Assembly: GCF_018350175.1 (NCBI RefSeq)
Contig: NC_058383.1
Location: 11,966,001-12,030,000, forward strand
Direction of reading: 5' to 3'
From: Felis catus
Taxonomy: Eukaryota
Length of the DNA stretch: 64,000 nt
A program made the position numbers and the translations under genes. The notes below the pieces were generated by a model. The model had not been told where the DNA came from. It did no database searches and saw nothing but the letters and a program-made list of their open reading frames with translations. This document shows positions 26,435 through 38,429 of this stretch, piece after piece. Positions within the stretch are counted from its first letter, which is position 1; each line of letters begins with the position of its first letter.

Positions 26435-26588
26435 TGTTAAGGACCGAATGTTTGTGATCCTCCAACATTCATATGCTGAAGCCGTTAGTGAGGCTGTTTT
26501 TTTTTTGGAAACGGGGGCTTTTGAGGAAGTCATTAAGGTTGAATGAGGTCATAAGGGTGGCGCCCTGATTCCATCAGATTAATGTCTT
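26435..26588 (+). mobile_element. MLT1A/MST-like LTR 5' fragment
   Basis: ggaccgaatgtttgtg..cctccaacattcatatgctgaag ... tgaggtcataagggtgg. Confidence 0.7.
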
Positions 26589-26742
26589 GCCTCCTGGCTG
26601 GAAGACTGCAGAGAACGCTATCCATTCTCCCTCAGCAATGCCAGCCTTGGGTTTCCGGGGCAAGTCAACCCAGGGTCTACAGGGAATTCATACACGAGAA
26701 AGGAGCTAGAACGGCTGAGGCAAAAGAGGGTCTAGGTAGCTT

Positions 26743-26987
26743 GTTTTGTTTTTGATTTTAATGTTTATTTATTTTTGCGAGAGAGACACAGAGTGTGTGT
26801 TGGGGGGGGGGGGGGTAAGGGCAGGGAGAGAGGGAGGCACAGAATCCGAAGCGGGCTCCAGGCTCCGAGCTGTCAGCACAGAGCTCGATGCGGGGCTCGA
26901 ACTCACGAACCATGAGATCATGACCTGAGTCGAAGCCGGACGCCCAACCCACCCAGGTTGCCCCTAGGTGAGCCACCCAGGTGCCCC
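26743..26987 (-). mobile_element. CanSINE with duplicated 5' junction
   Basis: Body intact; head text ccacccagg(t)tgcccctaggtg occurs twice. Confidence 0.93.
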
Positions 26988-27749
26988 TAGGTGCTTCAAC
27001 TTCCGAAGCGTAGGGAATAAGGTTGGCCTAACCTGGAAGGCTTCCAGGGAAGTGACTGCGGGTTCCCGCCCCAGGGTCCGGCATGTCAGTATCTTCAGCT
27101 CCGCCCTGGCCCCGCCCCCCCAAGTTTGGTAGGACCCGTTGGCCTGACTGCCCCCAATTCTCCCTACTTATCCGCTCACACGACAGCAATGAGGCCCCTT
27201 TATTTCTCAAAAACGTCTCTTCTCAGTGCTCTCTGCCACCCTCTGCTTCCTCTATTCTTAGACTCTTAAATAATCATGAATTGAACATGAACAGTGACCG
27301 CTTGCCTACAATGTGCCGCGGAGGAGAATCGGTAACCCCACACCAGATGATCTTTTCGTTAACCGTCCCCCCCATCCCCCGCCAAAGCGTGTCTGCTCTC
27401 GATTCTCGCATTTACAAAAGGCGGAGTCGGCGTTATCAGTATCAAACTCATGGGCAACTCTAGCGGTGAGGCTGGGGGGGGGGGGGTTCCGGATGAATTT
27501 CCTGAGTTGAGTGCCATCCTGCCTAAAACACCGACAGCAGTTTTTTGATTGCCTGACCAACGCCAACGAGCCGCAAGCCTGAAATTTAGACATTTATTTC
27601 CAAGTATCGAATTTGGGGTCAACCGTTTCCCTGCACTTTTCATTCCTAAGTACTTAGTCCTTTGTGTTGCGCGCCAGGAGCCCTTCAGGTCTGCCACGGG
27701 GGGGACATCAGTCATTCCATCTGGCCTCGGTTTTGCAAATGTTCTAGAG

Positions 27750-27935
27750 CTTTGCTGTCCAACAGAGTAGCCACTGGCCTCGCGTGGCTATTTAAATTAA
27801 TCAAAACGTAATGAAATTAAAAATCCATTTCCTCCGCTGCCCCAGCTGCATTTTAAGTGGCTGGTGGTTACCGAACGAGACAGCGCAGGCGTATAATATG
27901 CCCACCGTCACAAAAAGGGCCGCTGGAAAGCCCTA
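27750..27935. mobile_element. MER3/MER33-like hAT-Charlie MITE
   Basis: gctgtccaacagagtagccactgg...gtggctatttaaattaa...gtggctggtggttacc. Confidence 0.7.
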
Positions 27936-27974
27936 GTGAGGACCGCAGCCGAGATTTGTATTTTGTCCAGGGCT

Positions 27975-28160
27975 GAAGAGCAAATGTTCCGAATCAGGCG
28001 AGCCTGAGTTGAAATTGCGACTCTGTCCGGCTCATATTAGCTGTGTGACCCTGGGCCAAGTTGCTTACCTTTTCTGGGCTGGAAGGTCCTTATCTGTTAT
28101 ACGGAGATAGCGACACTTCTAGGGTAAACTGCGAAATGTTTAGCCCCAGCCAGGCATTTG
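27975..28160 (+). mobile_element. MIR fragment
   Basis: Core ttagctgtgtgaccctgggccaagttgcttacc. Confidence 0.65.
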
Positions 28161-28393
28161 GGGACTATGCTTCCCCATCCGGCTGGCTTTCTTGGGCAAG
28201 TTAACTTGAGACCTTTCATTTCTGAAAGGTACACAGTGCGGGAGGTCGGGAACGTGGCATTTCATCCCGGTAGGAGAGCCAGCACCGTGGGATTTGTGCA
28301 GGACACCCAAAGGAGTATGAGCATAAAGAAAAAGCGATTAAAACTGGCCTATGGCCGTCTAGTTTGTGTTCCCTTTAAAAATATTTGACTTCC

Positions 28394-28617
28394 GGGGCGC
28401 CTGGGTGGCTCAGTCGGCTGAGCGTCCGACTTCGGCTCAGGTCACGATCCCACGGTTCCTGGGATCGAGCCCCGCGTCGGGATCTGCACCACAGTCAGCG
28501 AGGAGCCTGCTTGGGATTCTCTGTTTGCCTCTCTCTCTCTCTCTCTGCCCCTCCCCTGCTTACACCCTCTTTCTCTCCGCCCCCCCAAGATAAAGAAATA
28601 AACAATTAAAAAAAAAA
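28394..28617 (+). mobile_element. CanSINE
   Basis: Head ggggcgcctgggtggctcagtcgg; A tail. Confidence 0.93.
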
Positions 28618-30299
28618 GGATATGATGGGAGCACCGATAAGAGTCAGCAGACCTACAGTTTGTTCCCTGAAATACGGTACCTTACCCTGGGGCCCCCAAA
28701 AGCATCCTTGGTGTCTTTATGTCATAGACAGAGATATCTATAAAGTGAGACTAATGATTTCTGTCCTGCCCACATCACAGGTTTATATTAAGAACCAAAT
28801 GAACCCCTGCACGTGAGGTGCTTTGCGACCGTGGTGTGTCCCTCCACCAGTGTCCCCCCCACCCCCCTCCCTCTGCCTCTGCCTCTAGACGACAAATTCC
28901 TGAAGGCAAGTACCCTGACTCTTTCATTTAGGACTTTTGCAAATACCATTGTGCATCCCATCTTTCTTCCTTACGAACAGAAGCCCAAGAGGGCGCTCCA
29001 CAACGTATCATGACAAAGCCGATCACGGCAGCTCTGTCCCCTGTCCGGGTCCCCTTGTACCTTCGGGCTCGACCAGGCCCTTTATGTCTTGGCCAATGAG
29101 ACATAAAGGGAATTTGGCTGAGAGAAAGTGACGTGGGGAAGTTTATGCTTTCTTGAGGAAAAGATCCCAACAGCACGCTTGGCCTTTCCTTCTTCCTGCC
29201 TTGAAGGAGAAGTGATGGCTGGAAGTGCAGCAGCCACCTTGAGAGCGTGAGGAAGAGGCTTAGTGATAGCAGACGTATCAGCCCAAACATCATACAGCCT
29301 ATTAGCTAATACCATAAGTATCTGACTCCGGGCTTCTTGATATATAAGGAAAAAAAAAAAAAAAGCCCTTGTTTATTCAAGGCACTTTTGTTAGGTTTGT
29401 TGTTACTGGAACCAGTAACCAGTCTTAATTGACATAAAGCTCCAGTTCTGCACCTGCCAGTAACTGGTCAATAGCAGATACTCAAAAATGTTGTATGAAT
29501 GACCCGACAAATGCATGAATAAACACAGGGGTCATCAATCTTTACACCCTCTGTAGCACTTAGCTCTGAGCCTGGCATCTAATAAGCACACGATAAATAT
29601 TTGTTGAATTCAATTGCAGAACCAAAAGTGATCATTTAGCACACCGAGGAAAGGAGCCAGAAATACTTCTCCGAAAAACCCGACTGCCCTTTGAAAGAAC
29701 ACAACAAAACCTGCCAGATCTCGGAGTTGAAGGAAATACGAAATTGAGAACATCTAGTACCCAGAAGCGGTGCTCCAATTTAGAAAGCCTAAAATAATAC
29801 CACTCATCACTCTTGTCTCCTGGCAAAGTACAAATTAGCGGCTTGGAAAATTCCTCCAAGCTTGAGGGTGACACAGACATTAGCCTAAATAGGAAAAACC
29901 CTCGTGGCCTGCTAGGCCTGCTTTCCAAGGAGGGTTTACTGGGGCTCCACAAAGTCCAGAAAGTCACAGGGCACCTAATTTAAAGCGATCGCTGCCAAGA
30001 GTCAGAAAATGTAGCAATGCTCGGGAGCAGAGAACATTCCCAGGGCAGGCGGAGGCCGCTCCCTGCGGCTCCCTGAGCACGAAGGGGTCCCTAAAGGAAA
30101 GACTGGCCTCTCCTCTAATCCCCCCGCCTCAGTCATTTCCCTACCTTCAGCAGAAGAGACTCAGGCCCACCTCGCCCTCCAAGGGCTCGCTCTGCAGACA
30201 GCCTGGCCCTCCCTCCAAGAGGCATCGTGTCTGGTCCGCTTTGGGCCCCCCGGTGAGACGCGAGGATGGGAAAAAAAAAAAACAAAAAAAACAGCGGGC

Positions 30300-31260
30300 A
30301 GATTACGGAGCATGAATTATTAATTCCTATTAGCATATGAAAATGCTCTCAGCGGCTAGCACTGCCGAAATATTGCTCATGGCAGCTAGGCCCGCGTGCG
30401 TGGAGCCGTCTACACTCATGGGCCCGGACACTGAGCATATGCTCAAACAGCGCAGCGATGGTTACGGAGTGGCCGCTCCGCCCCAGATGCTCACCGCGTA
30501 GGTAGAGAGACAGCGCAGGTATTCGGGTCTGATCTTGCCCGGCTGATTCTGATGCCAGAGCGTCTAGAAATGAATTCCTTCCATGAGCCAGCTTTCTCGT
30601 CGAGACAATACCGTTTGGTAGCATTCGAGCCCAAAGACTAGACGCGGCTCTGAAGGAAAACCGCGTAGAGAAAATGCATCGCTGGGTGCAGCGCACTTGC
30701 GCGAGGGAGAAATCTACAAGCGCAGGCGCGCCCACGCTGATCCAGACGCGGTTCCTCCCCGCGCTCGCCGGAAAGGGGAAACGGAGGCTCGGAGGGGACA
30801 TGCGCCAGCGACAAAGCCCGCAGGCTGCCAGACCTGGAGGTGCCCGGGTTCCTTCTCTGGGAGCCCTGTCAGGAGGTTGGGGTAGGGCAGAGAACCACGC
30901 CGGGAGGGGGTCGGACGGAGGCAGCGCTCTAGAACACCTCCGCCGCTCTCCCCACGGCCCTTCCTCGTCCCCAGCCCAAGCCTTAGTTCTGGATCTGACA
31001 CCTGAGTGCAGGAATGGCGTGCCTCTTCTGGGAGTCCTCGGGGACTGCTGGCCCAAACGTCATCGAGAGCTAAAGAAAACCTGTCGTGAGGCTGAGCGCA
31101 GGCGCTCATGAGCTGCTTTTCTCTTCCCTTTGTGGCAGCCTTTTATGGGATCCTATGTCCAGAAAGTCCAGGGGCGGAGGCTGGGGCCAGCAGGCCGGGG
31201 CGGCTGCAGCCACCAGTGGGCTGTGCGGTCTGTACCTGCGTGAGACCGGGGCGGTCCTTA
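30300..31260. promoter_or_regulatory. CpG-rich island with promoter/enhancer-like motifs
   Basis: Locally dense CpG; NRF1-type GCGCAGGCGC at 30720-30729 and 31096-31105; GC boxes near 30478 and 31171; POU-like ATGAATTATTAAT (30312) and ATTAGCAT (30329). Confidence 0.45.
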
Positions 31261-31273
31261 AAAAGAGCAGGCT

Positions 31274-31469
31274 GGGACGCCTGGGTGGCCCAGCGGGCTA
31301 AGCGACTGACGCCGGCTCAGGTCACGATCTCGAGGTTCATGGGTTCGAGCCCCACGTCGGGCTCTGTGCTGACAGAGCCTGCTTGGGATTCTTTCTCTCT
31401 CTGCTCCTCCCCAACTCGTGCTCTGTCTCTCTCTCTCAAAATAAAATAAACTTCAAACAAAAAAAAAAG
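31274..31469 (+). mobile_element. CanSINE
   Basis: Head gggacgcctgggtggcccag; CT-rich body; A tail. Confidence 0.92.
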
Positions 31470-32199
31470 ATGGAACACAGGTCACCAGGGCAAAGGTCAT
31501 CTCTGAGATGATTGTGGCTGGTGATCATATATCCAACAAGAAAAGCATGAGTTTAGACTGTGGACAGGGGTGGGGGGAAGGGGGGACGGCTCGGGGATGA
31601 ACAGCGGAAACAGAGACTTGGGTGGGAAGAAGAATCTAGCATGTATCATCCATCAGCTCTCCAAATCAGCTTACGGATACTGGTCACTCCCTCCCCCCCT
31701 CATTGCCACAACCATCGCCACTAAAAGACCCTCGAACCTCTTGAAGATCTTTAGACCAGGGAGTCCGGCACAGCGGACATTTGTGGAGCTTGGGGCTCTT
31801 TTGATATGGCGTCTTGGTTTCCTTTGGGGAAACCGCTTCCCTCCCGCGAGACAGCCACGAAGCAGGGACGCTCATCTGAGCCGGATCAATCAGACACTTC
31901 GCGATAGAACGTGAGTCTTGAGCAGTGACGGTGGGCATGAAGATGATACCCGCTCGGTGACTCCAGCAGCTGGGCTCTGGTGGGACTGGCAAAATCCTGG
32001 CACCTCGAGTGCCCTTGGTCCTCACTCTTCAATATTCCCTTCACTTCTTGGAGCTCTCCTTCCTCCAAATCGCCATAAACAATAAGCTAAAGCAGCTAAT
32101 GATGCTATTGTCCACGATCATCTGGAATCTCACAATCCCCATGGGCCAATCAGGCTGGCTGCTAATACAGACACTATAAAGCATACAAAGAAGTCAAGG

Positions 32200-33540
32200 A
32201 CGGGAGGCTAGGGTGGCTACGACAAACGGGCTTGGAAGGAGCAAGACCGGGCATTGAGGACAAAGCGGTTGGGGGACTTTTCCACGGGCCTGAGAGTATT
32301 TGTAGCCAGTGTAAACGCTCACCGAAAAGCCCCTTTCACTGAGGATGGACCGATGGACTCAGTATCAATCCCCCTCCTCTGCAAATAGCCAAGTACCAAT
32401 GAGAAAAGCCAATGGCCAAAGTGGCAGCTACGGGACTAGGGATGGAGGGGAGGAAAAGGCTCAGCGGTATGGACTTCCCCTCACCAAAGCTCTCTTGTCA
32501 CCTGCTGCCACTCTAGACTGACCGGGATGCTGATATTTGTAACCAACCGTAGACATGAGGGACATCAATATGATAAAATACCTCGAGGAGGTCATCCAGC
32601 TACCTGGTGGCAGGTTAATTACACCGAGCCGCTCCTGTCACCGGGGCCTCTGCAATTTGTCCTGATGGAACGGACCTTCATTCCGGGTTTGATTTTGTTT
32701 CTTCTTCCTGGCCTGTCAGGCCTCTGCCAGCCCCGTCATCTGTCAAGTCACCGAATACATTATTCACTGTCTCACACAACATTGCTTCTGACCAAAGAAT
32801 GTACTCCCGGGGCAGAGAAGAAAGGGAATGAGCTGATGCCTATGCGATCCACTCTTATCATGAATCCTATCACCCAGAAGCATCTGACTTTACAGCTTGG
32901 TGGAAAGGCTCCCGGATGGCTCAATTACGGTGCCGGCTGGAAGACCGTACCTTCTAAGTGGGAGGCCGTCTTTCCGCAGGTCGGGCACCAGGGTCCAGAA
33001 CGTGGCGTCTAGAGCGCACGGGCCCAGGAATGCGGAGGGGAAAGCGCCAAGGGCACCCCGCTCGGACGTACCTGAAGACCCGTTTGTAAATGTTTTTCTT
33101 CCGATATCCTTGATTCTGACTCTCTTAGGACAGAGAGTGGAATTGGAAGCAGAGACTGCCCACCCAGCTATTTCCTGCTACTCATTTCACTGGGACGAAA
33201 GTGGTCACCCCGTTGGCGGGGACGATCGACTAGAGTAGTAAAGGGAAATGGGGCCGCTGGTACCAGTGGCGAGGAGGCAAAGTACAGACAGAGCTCTGTC
33301 TGGGACTGTCACACCTCTCTGACCTGGGGCAAAGGTTCACGGGCAATGGCCATAACTCTGCACAGGCAGATACACCACAGGCTAAGAGCCGTCAGGATGC
33401 ATAGTCGGGTCTTGGTAACCTGTCAAAGGGCCCCCCGTTGGCCGAGGTCCTGGGAAAAGGGGAGGGAAAGTAGAATGAGTTCTAGAAGAGGGAAACATTA
33501 TAGATTGGCGGGACATCAGCTACTGCCCCATGAGCAGTTC
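32200..33540 (+). mobile_element. Second decayed ERV-L-class pol (RNase H end, integrase, dUTPase remnant)
   Basis: ORF 32527..33012 contains IPRGGHPATWWQVNYTEPL (ERV-L integrase IPRGDQPATWWQVDYIGPL); ggacttcccctcaccaaagct = GLPLTKA; aattggaagcagagactgccc = NWKQRLP (dUTPase). Confidence 0.82.
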
Positions 33541-34176
33541 AAACATTCGTCCGTTCGTTCGTTCATTCATTCATTCCACAAGCGTTTATTGAGCATCTTC
33601 TATGTGCCAAGCACTGTCTGGGCCAAGGGGCAAAGTAATGAATGAAGCAGACAAAATTCCCTTTCTTCACGGAGTCTGTGTAGGTGACAAATCCCATAAA
33701 GAAACGAAATGTGTATCGTGCTAGAAGGTGATAAGCAATGCACAGGCAAATAGACACAGAGAAACCGAACCGCATGTTGGAGGAGGACGTAGGCCTTGGG
33801 TTCAGGGCCGGCCTCCCTGAAAAGGTGACACTTGAATAAGGACACCAAGGGCTTGCGGATGAACAAGCGGCGTGTGGAGATTTCCAAGTAGGAGGGGTGC
33901 CAGGTGCACGCGTGCTATGGTGGGGACGAGCCAGCCATATTGGGGGAGGACTGAAGAGGCCGGGGTGGTTGGAGTAGGGTAAGTGTGAGGGATCGGGCCC
34001 CGAGGTCAGGGAGTCATGGGGTCCAGATCATGGATGTCCCGCGGGCAAGCTGAGGAGTCTGGTTTCTTGTAGAGCATACTGGAGGCCACTGGGCGTTAGG
34101 GCAAGATGGTGGATGTTGATCTGACAACCTTTCAACAGGTTCACCCTGGCCGCTGTGTTAAGAATAGACGAGAGAT

Positions 34177-34401
34177 GGGGCGCCTGGGTGGCGCAGTCGG
34201 TTGGGCGTCCGACTTCAGCCAGGTCACGATCTCAAGGTCCGTGAGTTCCAGCCCCGCGTCGGGCTCTGGGCTGATGGCTCGGAGCCTGGAGCCTGTTTCC
34301 GATTCTGTGTCTCCCTCTCTCTCTGCCCCTCCCCCATTCGTGCTCTGTCTCTCTCTCTCTGTCTCAAAAATAAATAAACGTTGAAAAAAATTTAAAAAAA
34401 A
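34177..34401 (+). mobile_element. Young-type felid CanSINE
   Basis: TSD aagaatagacgagag at 34160-34174 and 34402-34416; variants gcgcagtcgg, cttcagccagg, gggctgatggctc, tgtttccgattc. Confidence 0.97.
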
Positions 34402-34544
34402 AAGAATAGACGAGAGCAGGACAAGAAGAGGAAGAGGCAGGCTCGTCAGGAGGCTGTGGCAGTAAACCTAGCAAGAGCCGGTGATATTTGAAACAGGGTT
34501 TTGTAACGGGGAAAGGAGGTGGAGTGCTTGGATTCCATACGTGT

Positions 34545-34602
34545 ATTTTTTTTAAGTTTATTTGTTTATTTTTGAGGGAGAGAAAAACTGTGAGCAGGGG
34601 AG

Positions 34603-34633
<31 letters not shown>

Positions 34634-34739
34634 ATCTCAAGGAGGCCCATGTGGGGCTCGAACCCATGAACCGCAAGATCATGAGCTGAGCCGAAACCCA
34701 GAGTTGGACGCTTAACCGACTGAGCCACCCAGGCGCCCC
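34545..34739 (-). mobile_element. CanSINE with internal deletion
   Basis: TSD-like ggattccata(cg)tgtattttt on both sides. Confidence 0.92.
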
Positions 34740-37700
34740 ACGGATTCCATATGTATTTTTGAAAGTAAAACCAGTGAGACTTACAGACAGAGTGATATAG
34801 AATGAGAAAAAGAGGGGGTCAAGGATGTCCCCAAGGCTTCTGGCCAGACCCACAAAAATAGAAAAATTGTGCAGGTTGTGGGGACAGATCAAGAGTCACT
34901 TTGGACACCGAAAGGCAGACGTACAGAACCTACAATTGGAGATCGATACGGTGCGGACGGATAAGGTGCATGGCTGATGTCATATATGCATTTTTGTATT
35001 TTAAACAATTTCCCTTCTCTTTCCTCTTTTGTTTGCCTCACATGGCATGTAGGCTGGGTGGGTGGTAGTTAAATTAACCACCGACTTCACAGACCGCAAA
35101 ATATTCAGGTGGGCTCTCGCAGGAGCCCAACCTACCGACTGTGGTCTGTGTGTGGAGCCTTGCCTTTCTCTCTGGAATGGATTTAGCCTTCGTTTTCCCA
35201 ATGGACAGAGCTCTCAGCCCTGAATCCAGTCTAGTTGCCTGTGGTCTTGTCCTTTTGACCTAATTCCAGTAAATCTTTTCCATCCAACCAACAGAGGATT
35301 AAACCTTGATTGCTGTTCTTTATTGGGGTTCGCTTTCTTGGAAGGGTCTCCAAGGATCAGAGTGAATGGAGACGTGGAATCGAAGCTTATACCTGGAAAG
35401 AGTCAGGCTGGGCAGACAAATATCCTGACAGCTATGAAATGCAGACTATCATGAAAGCAAAGTAAGTCTGAGGTCAGTAGCAGAAGCCCAAGAATGGCCG
35501 AAGGACTCAAGATCCGGGGAGAATGAGTAAGGGGTGTGCAGGACGATGGGCTCATGGGAGGGCAATGAAGATACATGCCAGAGGGAGAAGGAACATGTTG
35601 CTCTCAGCTGGCCTTGTTCTCTCTATACTGAGTCACATGGATAATCTGGATCCATTTAAGCGCCCAGACACAATAAACCCCCATTGTCTCCACTGGAGTG
35701 GTTTCCCTGGGTCTACCATTTTGACCGCTCACCATAAGCTTCAGCAGCCACATACCCCTTCCTCAGATCTTTCAAGACTGCACCTAGACCACCACTGGCC
35801 ATGTTCTGTGCACGTGAAGTCTTGAAAGCTTGGCACCGAAGGCTGGTGAGGCCAGTGTCTCCCTGTCCCTGTGCTGTCCTCCCTGTTCCCTCCCTCATCA
35901 CCTTGGAAATGAACCATGGTTGTCAATTTCCTGTGCAGAGTGACTTTCGGAGACGTGCTGGGGAGCATTTTATTGAAGTCGGGAAATTGGAAAGCGTCTC
36001 AATTTCTCTTACACCGAGATTTTATTATTTCCTTTGAAGTGAATTTTCAAATACACCAGACAAGTCTCCGCTCAAATGGAAGCATGAAAATGCATGTAAA
36101 AATCAAAAAGAAGAGGGTTTTTTTTGGCTTCTCCCATTTTGTATCCTCTATGCCCTCGCTTGCCTGTCTTGCATGCGTTAATGGAAAGATCACCTCTGCA
36201 TCTCCATAAGCGACGGCCAAACGGCACCAATACCCCAGGGAAAAAATAACCATGAGAGTTTTAAGGTCTTACTTCACTCGCCAATTTTAGCTCTTTATCC
36301 TTCTGAGACTGTAGTCATCTTCCGAAAATGTTGCTTTTTTTGATTAACATTTTTCTGCATGTTCCACGGATCCGCGTGTATTACATTCGTAAGACAAAAC
36401 AAGGAGCTACTGTAACTACACACCGAAGGCCTTTGGTAGAATGGAATAAGGAAATGATAGTCTTGGACTTGGAAGTGACATTTTAGGTCGTCAAGAATCC
36501 TCTCGTAGCACCTGTGACAGATGAGGATCCTTCCAAAGGAAACTCCAGTAGGCCAGAGTCAGGGGACTTGTCTTTTGCCGTTACTAGCCTTCTGGAGCTA
36601 ATTAGAAAATGTCTCCATGACAGGGTCAGGCCCACAGTCACCTCCCTGTGCTGGTGTTCCTCAGCCCCAACCACCTGGTGTACTGAGGGACACCGCAGGG
36701 GAAACTAAGGTAGCTCTGGGTCTGATGGAGCCAGAATGCCCCTCGGCGACCTGGGTCTCAGTGCCCAGTGGCACTTGGGACAAAAGAACCTGGCCTTCCG
36801 TGTACATCATGCCCCCTCTCGCGGAGGCTGGTACAGGTGTTACCCGTACAGATGCCGGCTCAACCGCAGCTGAGCCCGCCATCGCCTTTAAACACCGTGT
36901 CACAGCGTCTGGGGCACACTTCTGATGTCGGCTCAGCCTCTGTGACTTCCGAGGGCGGCCTGGTGATCAATCTTGGCCGCCCCTCTTCCCTCCTGACCCT
37001 CCGTGGCCCCCCATCCCAGGCATGCCGCGTGCACCCGTGAATCTTTACGGATACGTGTCAAGATCTGGGGAGAACGAGTAAGGGGTGTGCAGGATGATGG
37101 GCACACAATCTGATCCAGCCTGTCTTCGGTATTGACCCCAGGCACAGACAATCCATGGATCTCCTGTTCCGTGGATGAACACAGAGCAGCCAGCCCTCCA
37201 AGATTTCAGGGGGGTGGGGGTGGGGCTCATTTCTAAGCAATCCCAGACCTAATCCCTGCTCAAGAAGGAGACAGCCTTCACCGTGCCTGGAATGGGGACT
37301 ATCCACCCTCCGGCCGGGACATCGGAAGCCAGCCTTCGGCAAGGATAACTGACTCATTTGTTGCAGTCAAACTCCCCACTCAGTCCACCTGCCATCGTTT
37401 CTTGAGAAGTTAGCGTTTCAGCGCTGGCCTTGTTACTGCTGGCCCGAATGCAGAAAACTCCACCCCACACAAGAAAGGAAGCTACTTTTCAATGGAAGAA
37501 ACACAGTCGTCCGGTTCCCTCGTAAGTACGTCCAGCTCAAATAAAACTAATGGAAGAAGGGCAGGGCAGAGCTTAGGAACACTTAGTCCGTGGGAGATCG
37601 TCTAAATAATGCTTTCTCTTTGGCCAGGATGGTTCAGAAATCCCACAAGGCCCTCCAGCCTAATGCGTGGGGAAGCCCCATGTCTTTGGAAAGAAGACCT

Positions 37701-37959
37701 TGTGTTCATTCTCCAAAAGAAAACTACAATTCAAGTCCCCATGGGGTCAACATCTTTCATACTCTCCACAGCAGGTGTATTCTATTAAACGAGGTCTAGA
37801 AGTTGGCTGTCAGCTGCGCGGATCTACAGGCTCGGAAGCTCCAGTTCTCCGAGGTGGGTCTGATGAGCCAGCCCTGTGGGGTCAGGAGACCAGCAGGGCA
37901 TAGTTCCGGGAAACTGACCCCAGGGGAGGTGACCATCTCAGCTTCCTGGATGCCTACTC

Positions 37960-38190
37960 AACACAGACACTCACGATTAAAATTAGCCATTATCTTGTAC
38001 GTAAAACGCTTTCAAATGGACGCCTTATATTATTATCTCTACCCTGCCTGGTTTATCTGCCTAGTCTTTGTGATAAAATCCCAACTTTTTTTTCTATCCG
38101 ATAAGCTGCCTTTCAATCTAATCCATCAGTGGCCTGATTTAATGGGGAGCTAGCGAAAAGCCAGGTAAAACGGTATGATAAAAAAGCGTC
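37960..38190. promoter_or_regulatory. Candidate enhancer: GATA motif cluster
   Basis: WGATAA on either strand at 37990, 38033, 38053, 38071 and 38176, plus CGATAA at 38099. Confidence 0.45.
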
Positions 38191-38429
38191 AACTCAAAAC
38201 TCACCAGTGCTAAATATTGTCTCAAGCCCAGAGATCGAATGTCGGCGCCCACCGTTCAACGTGCGCTGTGATCCGTCTCTGGCCCAACGTTTCCAACCAT
38301 GACTTCCGTACTCATATTTTGTATTTTGAGGCACCTCTAACTTTCTAGGTCCGCACTTTTCTTATTTTCTTCTGGGAAATAGGCTTCATATTTTATCCCC
38401 ACCCCTCCTCTTCTTAGCACAAATGTTCT

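Larger units (their letters stand above)
33545..34910 (-). mobile_element. L2 LINE 3' fragment with two nested SINEs
   Basis: Begins with the L2 3' tail reverse complement cattcattcattccacaagcgtttattgagcatcttctatgtgccaagcactg. Confidence 0.75.

Noticed and set aside
30432-30445. 14-bp perfect palindrome TGAGCATATGCTCA
   Set aside because: A few 14-bp palindromes are expected by chance in 64 kb; no independent support
30349-31056. 235-aa minus-strand ORF in the CpG-rich island
   Set aside because: No recognisable domain; Arg/Pro/Ala-rich composition typical of stop-poor GC-rich DNA; overlapping ORFs occur in other frames
32527-33012. 161-aa ORF with an integrase-like motif as a possible domesticated gene
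   Set aside because: Homology is confined to a short stretch and then shifts frame; the expected catalytic Asp of QVDY reads Asn (QVNY)
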